Position numbers and translations under genes: made by a program
Notes under the pieces: model-generated
What the model saw: only the letters and a program-made list of their open reading frames with translations
Database searches by the model: none
What the model was told of the DNA's origin: nothing
Shown: one piece after another, positions 34,745 through 45,028 of the stretch
How positions within the stretch are numbered: the stretch's first letter is position 1
Layout of the letters: every line of letters starts with the position of its first letter
NCBI GenBank assembly: GCA_046331265.1
Contig: JAXLRE010000005.1
Coordinates: 58,264-122,263 of the forward strand
Reading direction: 5' to 3'
Origin: Acidimicrobiia bacterium
GTDB taxonomy: Bacteria; Actinomycetota; Acidimicrobiia; IMCC26256; JAGPDB01
DNA length: 64,000 bases

Positions 34745-37396
34745 TTATTCAACCGTTACTGCTTTTAATATGTCAACCTTGGTTGCACGCCATGCTGGCC
34801 ATGCACCTGCAACAACACCAATAACAGCAGCAATAATTAGTATGAAAATCATATTGCCAGGGTCAATCGCGAATTTATTAATACCTTGTTCTTTAAGCGC
34901 TTGCAAGAAAAGATAAGAGCCCAAAACGCCAAATAGCATTCCAATCGTTGCTCCCATAACTGAAACAATGATCGACTCAAACCTAATAAAAGCTCTTACT
35001 TGTTTTTTCAAGACCCCGATAGCACGAAGCATTCCGAGTTCTCTTCTACGTTCCAAAATAGATAACGACATTGTATTTAGTATTCCGACTGCGGCAATAA
35101 GTATTGAAAGTGCTAGCAGAACATAAATTAACGCAAGTAATTGATCTATTTGTTTACTCTGTTGTTTACGCAAAGAGGTAATATCATTGGCGTTAAGTCC
35201 AGAATTTAGTAATAATTTTTCGAGTTTTGGTTTAACATCTTCTGCTTTAATACCTTCTTTTAAATTCACTATTGAAGTAGTCGCTGTTGTTACTGAAGAC
35301 ATCTGGTTATAAGCAACATTGTCGATCATTAGCGATGCAAAAGCATATGGCACTCCTTGATCGAGGATAGCTTTTACCTTAAAATCACGTGGTTGTTTAT
35401 CTAAACGTAATCTGATATCAGAGCCGAGTTTTAATCCATGATCTTTAGCAAATTTATTCGATACCGCTATTCCATCTTCTCCTAAGTTACGGATTTCTCC
35501 TTTAAATGGGGTTGCATAGAGCTCAGGAATCGCAGCAGAATCCACACCAAACAAAAAGTCAGGATTAGCTTTAGACATATCTGCTTTGTCTTGTTCCGAA
35601 GTCGCCCATGTTACTGGTCCACCTTTAAAACAGCTTGCAACAGCAACGTATTTCTGTTCAGATATTTTTGAGCATAAATCCACTGGAATAATAGGATCAA
35701 AATTATCGGTACTAACAATAAAATCTCCGACAAAATTCTTCTCAAGGTATCCGCTAAAAGTTGCTTTAAAGCTTGATGCAAAGACCGTAAAGAAAGTTAC
35801 AACAGCAACTCCGACAACTAACGCCATCGCAGTACGGGCAGTTCTTCGAGGATTACGATAATTATTTCTTCTAGCAATATTTCCTGTTATTCCGTATGCA
35901 TGTCTTCCACCAAAAAAGATCAGGAAAATTCCTGCAACCTTAGAACCAATAATGGCCGTAAAAGGTCTTACTAATAAAGGTAATGAAATTATTAATGCTA
36001 TTAATGCAATCCCAATGCCCATACCAGTTGTTGCAATTTTGTTGTCAGATTTGCCAGATAGTCCATAGTAGATAACAAAAATTGCAGCACAAAGAACGAT
36101 CACAAGTGGGATAACTCTAAAGATCCATCGTCGCGATTTTTCGAATGAGGCGTCTCTCAAAGCAGCTACTGGTGGAATCCTAGATGCGGATATAGCTGGC
36201 AGTAATGCCGATAGCATTGTTGCAAATGTTCCAACAGCTAGTCCCCAAATTATTGTTGATGATTTAACAACTAATGGCCCTCCGGGTAAATCTAAACCAA
36301 GAGATCCGAAAGCTGCTCGAATTCCGAATGCTAAGCCAACACCTGAAAGTGTTCCCAGAATTGAAGAAATAAGTCCAACAAAAAATGATTCTAGAATCAC
36401 CGATCTTCTTATTTGAGAAGCCTTTGCTCCAATAGCTCGAAGAAGAGCGTATTCCTGTCTGCGTTGAGTCATAATAATCGCAAAGGAATTAATAATGATT
36501 ATTAGTCCGACTACTAATGAAATTGCAGCAAAACCGACAAGTGTATACGTAAAGAAATTCAAACCAGTTTTAAGTTCATTCTGGTTTTCTTCTGTAATTT
36601 GCTTACCCGTTATAGCTTCAATATCATTTCCATACTTGGCTTTTAGTTCTCTATTTATTTTTCGAACAATATCCTTTTGTGTTATCCCGTCATTTGCTAC
36701 AACACTTATGGATTGGTATGCCTGTCCACGTTGTGCCAACTCAATTGCCACTTTCTCATTAAATAAAAATGATGTAGCCCCAGCAGCACTATCGGAGGTA
36801 CCAAACCTAACGATTCCTTTTAAGACGAAATCTTTTGGTCCTGTTGGAGTAACAATTTTAATTTTGTCTCCAATATTTAAATCTTTTAACTTTGCTGCTG
36901 TTTTATCCAATAAAAATTCGTTATCACTAAGTTTCACTGCTGCCGTTTGCTTTGCGCTAAGAGAGTTGCCGTTAGAATCGACCAATCTCCATTGTGTCAA
37001 AATATCGTCTTGATCTAATTTGAATCCTAAAATTGGAGCGCCATTAGATTGGAAAAGTGTTTTACCATCCTTTCCTATCGCTGTTATGTTATCGATTCCA
37101 ACGTTACCTTCAGCACGTTTCACGCCTTCAATGTTTTTTACGACTTTAACTAGATCTAATGGCACACCTCTTCTCTTACCAGGACCATCAATCCCGCCTG
37201 GAGTAACGTCTGTCGATCGAACAACAGCATCCGTATTTTTAAAAACAGATGAGAATAAATCATCGAAAACTTTATTTAATGTTGCTGAAATAACTAATGT
37301 CCCAACTAAAAATGCAACACCTAAAATAATAGATAGCATTGATAAAGCTAGACGTGTTTTATGAGACCAAATATTTTTCAGTGTTAAGCGAAACAT
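34745..37396 (-). CDS. ABC transporter permease with two FtsX-type domains (MacB-like)
   Basis: 883 aa: TM, large periplasmic-type domain, then 3 TM, repeated twice. Follows its ATPase by 12 nt. Confidence 0.85.
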   Translation of the reverse strand: MFRLTLKNIWSHKTRLALSMLSIILGVAFLVGTLVISATLNKVFDDLFSSVFKNTDAVVRSTDVTPGGIDGPGKRRGVPLDLVKVVKNIEGVKRAEGNVGIDNITAIGKDGKTLFQSNGAPILGFKLDQDDILTQWRLVDSNGNSLSAKQTAAVKLSDNEFLLDKTAAKLKDLNIGDKIKIVTPTGPKDFVLKGIVRFGTSDSAAGATSFLFNEKVAIELAQRGQAYQSISVVANDGITQKDIVRKINRELKAKYGNDIEAITGKQITEENQNELKTGLNFFTYTLVGFAAISLVVGLIIIINSFAIIMTQRRQEYALLRAIGAKASQIRRSVILESFFVGLISSILGTLSGVGLAFGIRAAFGSLGLDLPGGPLVVKSSTIIWGLAVGTFATMLSALLPAISASRIPPVAALRDASFEKSRRWIFRVIPLVIVLCAAIFVIYYGLSGKSDNKIATTGMGIGIALIALIISLPLLVRPFTAIIGSKVAGIFLIFFGGRHAYGITGNIARRNNYRNPRRTARTAMALVVGVAVVTFFTVFASSFKATFSGYLEKNFVGDFIVSTDNFDPIIPVDLCSKISEQKYVAVASCFKGGPVTWATSEQDKADMSKANPDFLFGVDSAAIPELYATPFKGEIRNLGEDGIAVSNKFAKDHGLKLGSDIRLRLDKQPRDFKVKAILDQGVPYAFASLMIDNVAYNQMSSVTTATTSIVNLKEGIKAEDVKPKLEKLLLNSGLNANDITSLRKQQSKQIDQLLALIYVLLALSILIAAVGILNTMSLSILERRRELGMLRAIGVLKKQVRAFIRFESIIVSVMGATIGMLFGVLGSYLFLQALKEQGINKFAIDPGNMIFILIIAAVIGVVAGAWPAWRATKVDILKAVTVE

Positions 37397-37408
37397 ATAA
37401 GAAAACCT

Positions 37409-38173
37409 TTAACCTAGATTTTTTAGGTAATCAAGTATTTGACCTGATGTTGGATTCGACATGTCGTTCACAATTTTTCCATCGCTTAAAAATACGACAC
37501 GGTCAGCATTTGCAGCTGCGGCAGCGTCGTGGGTAACCATGACAATAGTTTGAGAAAAATCATCAACCGCGTGGCGCATAAATTTGAGAACTTCACCACC
37601 AGATTTAGAATCTAAGTTTCCTGTAGGTTCGTCAGCAAAAATGATTTCTGGTTGGCTTGCCAATGCACGTGCCACTGCAACGCGCTGCTGCTGGCCACCT
37701 GATAATTCAGAAGGTTTATGAGACAATCTGTTTCTGATGTCTAAGGTATCGACAACTTTTTCAAATATTGTTTTGTTAGTTTTCTTCTTTGAAAGTTTTG
37801 ATGGCAACTCTATATTTTCTTTTGCATTTAAAGTAGGCAATAGATTGAACGCCTGAAAGATAAACCCTATTCGTTCTCGTCTAACAAGCGTAAGTTTCTT
37901 TTCACTTAATCTCGTAATATCCGTTTCACCAATCCAAACTTCACCGGCACTAACTCTGTCCAAACCAGCGATACAATGCAGCAAGGTTGACTTGCCAGAA
38001 CCAGATGGCCCCATAATCGCAGTGAACTTTCCGCTCTCAAATTCAATCGACACGTCGTCGAGCGCGTTTATTTGTGCTTCACCTTTACCATATGTTTTTG
38101 TAACATGGACTGCGCGTGCCGCATACGAAGCGTTGCTTGGTTTGGATAAATTTTCTGGTGCTAGAGCTGTCAT
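37409..38173 (-). CDS. ABC transporter ATP-binding protein (MacB/LolD type)
   Basis: 'GPSGSGKST', 'LSGGQQQRVAVARAL', 'IIFADEPTGNLD'. Confidence 0.9.
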   Translation of the reverse strand: MTALAPENLSKPSNASYAARAVHVTKTYGKGEAQINALDDVSIEFESGKFTAIMGPSGSGKSTLLHCIAGLDRVSAGEVWIGETDITRLSEKKLTLVRRERIGFIFQAFNLLPTLNAKENIELPSKLSKKKTNKTIFEKVVDTLDIRNRLSHKPSELSGGQQQRVAVARALASQPEIIFADEPTGNLDSKSGGEVLKFMRHAVDDFSQTIVMVTHDAAAAANADRVVFLSDGKIVNDMSNPTSGQILDYLKNLG

Positions 38174-38182
38174 GCCTCTAGC

Positions 38183-38983
38183 CTATTTAGGCGGACCTAC
38201 TCTTTTCACCTTGGAACTAAAAATTAAATACATCATCCAAGTCAGACCTAATAAACATAAAATTATTGAAACAAGAAGATTAAATCTAATATTAAATATT
38301 TTCGTAGCTTTATCGACTCTTAAAAGCTCCATAAATATCCGCACAAAACAATAACCAGAAATGTATAGAGCGACGCTGAAGCCTTTTCTTATATTTACAT
38401 ACTTCTTTTCTGCAATAATTATTACTATCGCTAAAAAAAGGTTTAGAACCATTTCATATAAAAAAGTCGGATGAAAAGTAGGAACATTTTCTAGACCGAA
38501 TGGCCTGTAATCAAGATCCACTTTTAATGCCCAAAAACTATGTAGTTCGCGTCCAAAAAGTTCCTGATTGAAATAATTTCCTAGCCGTCCTATCGCTTGA
38601 GCCACAAGCAGCCCCGGGACAACAACATCACCAACTTGTAAAAATGAAATCTTCTTAATTTTACATTGAATAAATAAAGCTAAAGCTCCAGCAAGTACCG
38701 CTCCCCATATCGATAGTCCGCCCATACGAAAATTAAATACATTTTTAAATCCTTCGCTTTTCCAATCGTATCCAGTAAATAAATGGTAAACGCGTGCACC
38801 AATAATTCCTGCGATTAAAGTTATAAAGAACATATCCATAATAACTTTTGGATCACCATATTTTTTTCGATATCGAATATACGAAATATAAACACCAGCC
38901 AGCATGGCTAGACCCATAGTAAGAGAATAAATGCGTATTGGACCAAATGAATCTATTGGCGGTGAAGGTATCTCTAATATCAT
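38183..38983 (-). CDS. lgt: Prolipoprotein diacylglyceryl transferase
   Basis: 'GGLSIWGAVLAG', 'GRLGNYFNQELFG', 'HPTFLYE'. Confidence 0.9.
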   Translation of the reverse strand: MILEIPSPPIDSFGPIRIYSLTMGLAMLAGVYISYIRYRKKYGDPKVIMDMFFITLIAGIIGARVYHLFTGYDWKSEGFKNVFNFRMGGLSIWGAVLAGALALFIQCKIKKISFLQVGDVVVPGLLVAQAIGRLGNYFNQELFGRELHSFWALKVDLDYRPFGLENVPTFHPTFLYEMVLNLFLAIVIIIAEKKYVNIRKGFSVALYISGYCFVRIFMELLRVDKATKIFNIRFNLLVSIILCLLGLTWMMYLIFSSKVKRVGPPK

Positions 38984-40594
38984 CTAATCAACCTTATCGA
39001 TCATTCGCTTTTTTATTATTTCTCTTCTCTTACGAATATCTTCGTAGGTAAGGGAATCAACTTCATCAGCAACACCAAGTGAACCACGGACAGCATTTAA
39101 ATCTAGATCAACTTCGCTTTGAACAAAACCTAGCTCACCGATAATCTTCTCACCATACGTCGACATTAAGTATGCATATACATGTTGAATCTCTGCAAGT
39201 ACATCAATATCTGGAGCTAAAGTCGCAGTTGCACCATCTAAAAACATTAAATTTTTAACGAATAACATAAGTTCTTTTGGCGCTCTTGCTCCGTATCCCA
39301 AAAGTTTTTTTGTTAAGTCACCCATCTCCTGGGTTAGTTCTTCACTATTCATTTTCGTTGGATCTTTAACGGGGCCTTGTAATCCGAGATCATCAACAAC
39401 CGTATCTATATCTGTATCTTTTGGAAATGCACCTAAGTCTCTCAATGCAGTTATCTGTTGATGAGGATTGCCTGTCGTGCCAGCAATGATTAACCTCATA
39501 AAGGCGCGTCTTTGTGACTCGTTTAATCTTCCAGTAATGCCAAAATCTAATAATGCAGTTGTTCCATCTTTTAAGACCATGAGATTTCCACCATGTAAAT
39601 CGCCATGAAAAACGCCGTAGATCAAAGCTCCTTCTGTAAATGCAACTAAGCCAGCACGCAAAAGCGTTTTAGTATCAATGTCATTTTGTTTCATTGACTC
39701 AACATCATCAAAGGCAAAACCATCAACCTCTTCCATAACAAGTACGCGTCTTGTTACATGATCGAGTTTTGGTCTTGGAACGATGATTGCGCGCTGATTA
39801 GTTTCTGCCAAGACACGCGCAATTGCCAACATGTTGTCAGCTTCTAATCGAAAGTCGAGTTCCTCAATAATAGTTTCTGTAAATACTTCAACAAGTGCAG
39901 GCGGATTAGCTAAAGCAGTAATAGGAATGCGTCCTACTAATTGTGGGGCTATCCAAGCTAAAAACTTTATGTCTTTTTGAACAAGCTGTGAAACATTTGA
40001 ACGTTGAACTTTGACAACAACGTCTTGACCTGTAATTAATCTCGCTCTATGAACTTGCGCTATCGAAGCCGCAGCTATTGGTTCTTGTTCGAATCTAGAA
40101 AAAATACTTTCTAATGGCTGCCCAAAATCGCTTTCAATTGTTTGTTTAACAGTTTGGTACGACTCTGGTGGAACCTGATCACGAAGTAATTTAAATTCAT
40201 CAACTAGCTGTTGTGGAAATAACGAATCACCTGAGGAAATTATTTGCCCGAGTTTTATATATGTTGAACCAAGAGCAATAAATCGTTTTCTTAATCGTAA
40301 AGAAATTCCTTTTCTTGACTTCTCTTTACCTCTTGGTTTGTCAAAAATATACCAAAGTACTATTGCAGAAGATAACTTTAAAAGTGATGTAAATAATCTT
40401 CTAAATGGAGGGAATTTTCGTTTTTTAAGTAATTCCCTAGAAAGCTCATGGACTTTCTGTCGTCTAATTTTATTCTCTGAAGTAAACTCTCTACATTCAC
40501 CTTCATCTAGAGTCCAGGATCCAGTAGTAAGAAAACTTCCCCATTCGTAATCTGGTTTGATTGTAGTTTCTTCTATCATTAGGACCTTTCGCAA
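38984..40594 (-). CDS. ABC1/UbiB-family atypical kinase
   Basis: 'GSTYIKLGQIISS', 'AAASIAQVHRA', 'FHGDLHGGNL'. Confidence 0.85.
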   Translation of the reverse strand: MRKVLMIEETTIKPDYEWGSFLTTGSWTLDEGECREFTSENKIRRQKVHELSRELLKKRKFPPFRRLFTSLLKLSSAIVLWYIFDKPRGKEKSRKGISLRLRKRFIALGSTYIKLGQIISSGDSLFPQQLVDEFKLLRDQVPPESYQTVKQTIESDFGQPLESIFSRFEQEPIAAASIAQVHRARLITGQDVVVKVQRSNVSQLVQKDIKFLAWIAPQLVGRIPITALANPPALVEVFTETIIEELDFRLEADNMLAIARVLAETNQRAIIVPRPKLDHVTRRVLVMEEVDGFAFDDVESMKQNDIDTKTLLRAGLVAFTEGALIYGVFHGDLHGGNLMVLKDGTTALLDFGITGRLNESQRRAFMRLIIAGTTGNPHQQITALRDLGAFPKDTDIDTVVDDLGLQGPVKDPTKMNSEELTQEMGDLTKKLLGYGARAPKELMLFVKNLMFLDGATATLAPDIDVLAEIQHVYAYLMSTYGEKIIGELGFVQSEVDLDLNAVRGSLGVADEVDSLTYEDIRKRREIIKKRMIDKVD

Positions 40595-40607
40595 TAAAGC
40601 CTATTCC

Positions 40608-41528
40608 CTATGTTGTTAGTATTGCGAAACTTTGGCCATCACCTTTTACAAAATGAGGATACAAGACATATATGTGTTCTCGTTCATAAAGACCATCCGT
40701 CTTTCCCTCTAATTTAACCGGAGTGCACGATAAGTTGTTTATAGCGAAATTAACAACTTCATCATTTTCAAGTGAGTTAAAAGTGCACGTCGAGTATCCT
40801 ATTTTTGAATTGGGTTTAGCTATCACTTTGGAATAAGTAAACAACATTTTTTGCAAGATAGACATTTTCATTAAAAGTTTTTCAGACCACTGACGCCGTG
40901 CCGTATAGCTTCGTCTCATCATTGCTTCGCCAGAACATGGTGCATCAAGAATGACCACATCAGCATAATCTGCATATTTTTCACTTAACTCTTGGATATT
41001 CAAATTTGTTATTTCGTATTTTGGACGTTCATTTTCTGGAATAACATTTAAAGTTCTATATAAGTTTTCTCTTAATATATCTGCTCGTTTTGGATCGACA
41101 TCGTTAGCAATCAAAAATCCGTTGCTTCCAAGTTTATTTAGAGCATGAACCGATTTGCCGCCAGGTGCAGCACATACATCAACTACAACATCATCTGGCT
41201 TTATGTCTAAGTACTCAACTAATGCCATTGCAGATGGATCACCAATGTAATACCTACCTTTAGTATGTTCAATGCGCTGACCGAGCTTTAGTTCATAATC
41301 AAAATATGATGCATCCCTGCACCATGGAACCCGACTCATTTCTACTTTAAGATCTGAACATAAATCTTCAATTGAGACAGCATGTGTATTTACCCTAAAA
41401 GCTTTTTCTGGCCACGAATTTAAGGATTGTAAGAAATTATTTGGATCTATGTAATTTTCAACATGCTCATTAACATAATCGATAAATTTTTTATTTAACT
41501 TTGAATCAATAGGTTTTCGTTTCGCCAC
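40608..41528 (-). CDS. RsmB/NOP-family SAM-dependent RNA m5C methyltransferase
   Basis: 'DVCAAPGGKS', 'LDAPCSGEA', 'YSTCT' with the two catalytic Cys. Confidence 0.85.
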   Translation of the reverse strand: MAKRKPIDSKLNKKFIDYVNEHVENYIDPNNFLQSLNSWPEKAFRVNTHAVSIEDLCSDLKVEMSRVPWCRDASYFDYELKLGQRIEHTKGRYYIGDPSAMALVEYLDIKPDDVVVDVCAAPGGKSVHALNKLGSNGFLIANDVDPKRADILRENLYRTLNVIPENERPKYEITNLNIQELSEKYADYADVVILDAPCSGEAMMRRSYTARRQWSEKLLMKMSILQKMLFTYSKVIAKPNSKIGYSTCTFNSLENDEVVNFAINNLSCTPVKLEGKTDGLYEREHIYVLYPHFVKGDGQSFAILTT

Positions 41529-41530
41529 TG

Positions 41531-42160
41531 TTAAACAATAGGACAGCTAACACCGGTTCCACGCAGTGAACAGTAGCCATTTGGATTTTTACTTAGATAT
41601 TGCTGATGATACTCTTCAGCGTAATAAAACGGAGGAGTCGGCACGTCAACAATTTCAGTTGTGATTTCGCCCATACCCTTCGATAACAGTTCATTGTTAT
41701 AAACAGTTTCTACTTCTTTGGCAATTGCATATTGTTCTTTAGATGCAGCAAATATCGCACTGCGGTATTGAGTTCCAATATCGTTTCCTTGTCCCATATA
41801 TTGGGTCGGATCATGTGCCTCAAAAAATAAAATTACCAACTGTTTATAAGATATTTTTTTTGGATCAAAAACAACCAAAACGGATTCGCTATGACCTGTC
41901 ATTGAAGTACAAGTTTCTTCATAAGTTGGATTTTTTGTATAACCACCCTGATAGCCAACAGCAGTTACATAAACTCCTGGTTCATTCCAAAAAAGTTTTT
42001 CAGCTCCCCAGAAACAACCTAGAGCAAAATATGCCACTTCATAATCTTCCGGGAAAGGAGGTTTTATAGACAGTCCATTGACATGATGTATACCTGAGAT
42101 AGCAATTTCTTCGTCTCTACCAACAATGGCTTGTTCTGGTGAAATCATTTCTTGTTTCAA
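41531..42160 (-). CDS. msrA: Peptide-methionine (S)-S-oxide reductase
   Basis: 'ALGCFWGAEKLF' active site, 'GHSESVLVVFDP', 'YHQQYL'. Confidence 0.95.
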   Translation of the reverse strand: MKQEMISPEQAIVGRDEEIAISGIHHVNGLSIKPPFPEDYEVAYFALGCFWGAEKLFWNEPGVYVTAVGYQGGYTKNPTYEETCTSMTGHSESVLVVFDPKKISYKQLVILFFEAHDPTQYMGQGNDIGTQYRSAIFAASKEQYAIAKEVETVYNNELLSKGMGEITTEIVDVPTPPFYYAEEYHQQYLSKNPNGYCSLRGTGVSCPIV

Positions 42161-42164
42161 ATGA

Positions 42165-42569
42165 TTATCCTTTGACTGGTGGTCTAAATTTATTCAGCAA
42201 GAATCTCCAACCTACCCAACATATTGTCAAGAAAACAAAAGAGATTATTGCAAAAACTGGTTTAAATGAATACGGTTCTCGTCCAACTAATTGAGGAAGA
42301 TTAATTCTGATAAGTATCGCAATAGGAACTGAAATGATGGATGCAATAAATGCAGATTTTATATTTCTAAGATCAGTTGAAACAATCAGCATTAGAGCAA
42401 AAAATGCAGCAATAAATGGGAGTCCTATTATTACAACATCACTGAATCGGAAATCACTGTGATGATTACGGCCACCGATTAGAACAAAAGCAATTACAAC
42501 TAAGACGTCAAGGACTACCGCCATAGTTCTATGCACCATATATGTAGAACTAGTTTTACTATTTTCCAT
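42165..42569 (-). CDS. DUF3054-like membrane protein
   Basis: Four TM helices and 'LIGGRNHH'. ATG 42569 has AAGAGG 5 nt upstream; the ORF is open to GTG 42575. Confidence 0.6.
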   Translation of the reverse strand: MENSKTSSTYMVHRTMAVVLDVLVVIAFVLIGGRNHHSDFRFSDVVIIGLPFIAAFFALMLIVSTDLRNIKSAFIASIISVPIAILIRINLPQLVGREPYSFKPVFAIISFVFLTICWVGWRFLLNKFRPPVKG

Positions 42570-42614
42570 GCACACCTCTTCTTAAAAAGGCATACTACCA
42601 TCCGCCCTTTTCTC

Positions 42615-42663
42615 GTGTTGGGTCGAAAAACTATCGATTTTCGACAGTTTTTCGACCCAACAC
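42615..42663. repeat. Palindromic element, A-core-A' form
   Basis: GTGTTGGGTCGAAAAACTATCGA-TTT-TCGACAGTTTTTCGACCCAACAC, with one arm mismatch. Confidence 0.9.
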
Positions 42664-42690
42664 AGCGTAGGCGAAGATCACAAAGAGACA

Positions 42691-42729
42691 GCCCTGCCTT
42701 GTTTTAGTGGAGAATAAACAAGACAGGGC
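42691..42729 (-). terminator. Candidate terminator hairpin for the GH114-like gene
   Basis: 14-nt arms GCCCTGCCTTGTTT / AAACAAGACAGGGC. The single mismatch is a G.U pair only on the minus-strand RNA. Followed on the minus strand by UGUCUCUUUGUG. Confidence 0.45.
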
Positions 42730-42795
42730 ATGAATTAGTGGAGTCCGAACGTATCGGTTTTGCACCCCACTTCATCACCGCACAGGGCGTGCGAT

Positions 42796-44148
42796 CTATT
42801 TAGTTGTTCCAGTTGGCACCGAAGTGCCGGTTATACAGTCAAAGAAATATCCTCCTCCTAGTTCGAGAGGGTATCCCATTGAAGACAACGAATATTTTGC
42901 AGCATTTGAACAAGTTGTTGTTTGTGAAGCACCTCCAGAAACTTTTGGATACTCTGCATTAAATACTGCTTTACCAGCTTTAATAAAAGGAGCTAACGTA
43001 TCGCATTCTGAATATTGATTACATTCTTCATTTAAATGCCAGTCAAATGCGCTGACCAATGTTGCATTGATTGATTCAACTCCGTTTTTCATTCCGACAG
43101 ACAAACCTCGAGCATGAGCTTGTCTTGCAACTTCTAAATACCATGCCTGATCGTTAGCAACACTTTCAGGAAAACCTGTGTTATTACCAACATGATTATT
43201 CTGATCCGGTTCTACACCATCACAACCGATTTGTTTTGCAAGATCGAATCTTGCCCACATAATCGGCGCAAACTTTGACCATGAAGTCGACCTTGTGTCT
43301 AACCACTTTTCGCTCCATTGAGTTCCATCACTAGCTTCAGCAACTGTTCCTTGAACAGAAGTCGGAATTAATGAATAGTCTGGCCTGTTGTATTCTGCGG
43401 CACCTGTGTCTACGTAACAAATAACGACTTTTCCTTTTGCTTTAAGCCTGGAGATCACCCCGGCATTTTGACCAACTGGTACACTTACGTTTCCAAAACC
43501 TGCAACGTTATATGTTCGAGCTGTATCTACAGCATCAAATAAATCAATGTCGTACATTGTCGCTGAAATATTCTCATTTACTCTTCCATTTATCTGCCAA
43601 TACCAAGTTGTTAATGGCTTTGGCGTCCAAACACCGCCAGTATTATTTGGCAAGGTTGTAGTAACCGGAACTGTTGTAGTTGCTGTAGGTTTTGTAGTTG
43701 TCGTTGTTGGTGCTGTTGTTACTAGTGTCGAAGAAGTGCTTGTAGTTAACACAGAACTCGATGCAGTGAAAGTTATTGTACTTGTTCGAGCTAATCTCGC
43801 GCCTGAGGCATCTCTTGCAACTACTCTTGCAAGATAAGTCATTGGATAAACAGTTTTACTAATAGATGTCGCTGACGTTCGGATTATATAGTCAGGACCT
43901 TCAAAGTATGGATCGTCAGTTGAAGTCAACAACAATTTGTAATTTGTTGCACCACTATAAGCAGTCCATGAAAAATTAATCGATGTTGAGACAGTCGAAT
44001 TATTTGTTGGAGAAATTATCGCAAAAATGTTGTTCGTAGACACTAAAGCATTGGCAGGTATTAAGAGCGCTAATAAACTCATCGCCACAAGAGCGATGAT
44101 TAGTCGAGTCTTCATGACATTTTTCGAGGCATACTTATTCATATTCAC
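42796..44148 (-). CDS. Secreted glycoside hydrolase, GH114-like (endo-alpha-1,4-polygalactosaminidase family), with N-terminal beta domain and Thr-rich linker
   Basis: Signal peptide, 'TTAPTTTTTKPTATTTVPVTTT' linker, then 'TWYWQINGRV...YDIDLFD' and 'GCDGVEPDQNN', typical of GH114. Confidence 0.6.
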   Translation of the reverse strand: MNMNKYASKNVMKTRLIIALVAMSLLALLIPANALVSTNNIFAIISPTNNSTVSTSINFSWTAYSGATNYKLLLTSTDDPYFEGPDYIIRTSATSISKTVYPMTYLARVVARDASGARLARTSTITFTASSSVLTTSTSSTLVTTAPTTTTTKPTATTTVPVTTTLPNNTGGVWTPKPLTTWYWQINGRVNENISATMYDIDLFDAVDTARTYNVAGFGNVSVPVGQNAGVISRLKAKGKVVICYVDTGAAEYNRPDYSLIPTSVQGTVAEASDGTQWSEKWLDTRSTSWSKFAPIMWARFDLAKQIGCDGVEPDQNNHVGNNTGFPESVANDQAWYLEVARQAHARGLSVGMKNGVESINATLVSAFDWHLNEECNQYSECDTLAPFIKAGKAVFNAEYPKVSGGASQTTTCSNAAKYSLSSMGYPLELGGGYFFDCITGTSVPTGTTK

Positions 44149-44302
44149 ATCCAGGGCAGGGACTATATGTAGATAATGCCATTACCTGATTAAATGCGCA
44201 ATATGCGTTAAATAATAGTTTTTATCACTCTTTCGCGTTATTCTTCTATAAATTTTCAACAATTTTAGCTAAATTTAGTTTTTACGCATTAATCTATACT
44301 GC

Positions 44303-44989
44303 GTGGGTTTACAGAATTTTGAAAGACGATTAGAACGCCTGGTAGAAGGCGCTTTTTCTAGAACATTTGCTTCACAAATTCAACCTATCGAGATCGGTCG
44401 ATCCGTAATACGCAGACTAGAGACACAACGCACAATTACGACAGAAGGAACATCGATTCCAAATAAGATAGTCGTACACTTAGCAAAAGAAGATGTTGAG
44501 CGCCTTGGAACAATCGTTAATAATCTTGCAGATGAACTATGCGCACTAGTTAGAGACCATGCAAACGGTGAAAATTATCGATTAGTTGGACCAATTGATA
44601 TAACCATAGTCATAGATAAATCAGTCGAAACAGGCCAACTAAAAATTCAAACAGCATTTGACCAAGGACGAGGTGCAAATAAAGGAATGCTTGTTTCAAA
44701 AAATGGCACTAGATATACACTAAAAAATGACGTAACCACATTGGGTCGTTTAACAACATGCGATGTTGCACTTTCAGATCCTCAATGTTCAAGGGTGCAT
44801 GCAGAAATATTAAAAACAGCAGAAGGCTATGAATTAGTAGATAAAGGTTCTACAAACGGAACAAAAGTCAACGGCAAAAAAATAGAACGACATAATCTTG
44901 TACTTGGTGATGAAATACAATTTGGAAATTCTATATTCATTTTTCAAGCAGATGACCAGGTGAACTCCGATCAAACATCTGCACAGTAA
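44303..44989 (+). CDS. fhaA: FHA domain protein FhaA (DUF3662 + FHA)
   Basis: 'GLQNFERRLERLVEGAFSR' N-terminus. C-terminal FHA 'LGRLTTCDVALSDPQCSRVHAEI...GSTNGTKVNG'. GTG start. Confidence 0.9.
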   Translation: MGLQNFERRLERLVEGAFSRTFASQIQPIEIGRSVIRRLETQRTITTEGTSIPNKIVVHLAKEDVERLGTIVNNLADELCALVRDHANGENYRLVGPIDITIVIDKSVETGQLKIQTAFDQGRGANKGMLVSKNGTRYTLKNDVTTLGRLTTCDVALSDPQCSRVHAEILKTAEGYELVDKGSTNGTKVNGKKIERHNLVLGDEIQFGNSIFIFQADDQVNSDQTSAQ

Positions 44990-45028
44990 ATCCGAATAAC
45001 CTATATAGATACAACAAAGGGTTATTAA

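Noticed and set aside
12620-42663. Palindromic elements considered as integron attC sites, since GTTGGGT fits GTTRRRY and ACCCAAC fits RYYYAAC
   Set aside because: The motif order is 5'-GTTRRRY...RYYYAAC-3', the reverse of attC. There is no intI integrase or attI in the window, and the elements are near-perfect palindromes without the extrahelical bases typical of attC.
44295-44305. TATACT directly upstream of the fhaA GTG, considered as a leaderless-mRNA promoter
   Set aside because: The hexamer ends only 2 nt before the start codon, too close for a TSS at or before the GTG. The real promoter must lie further upstream.
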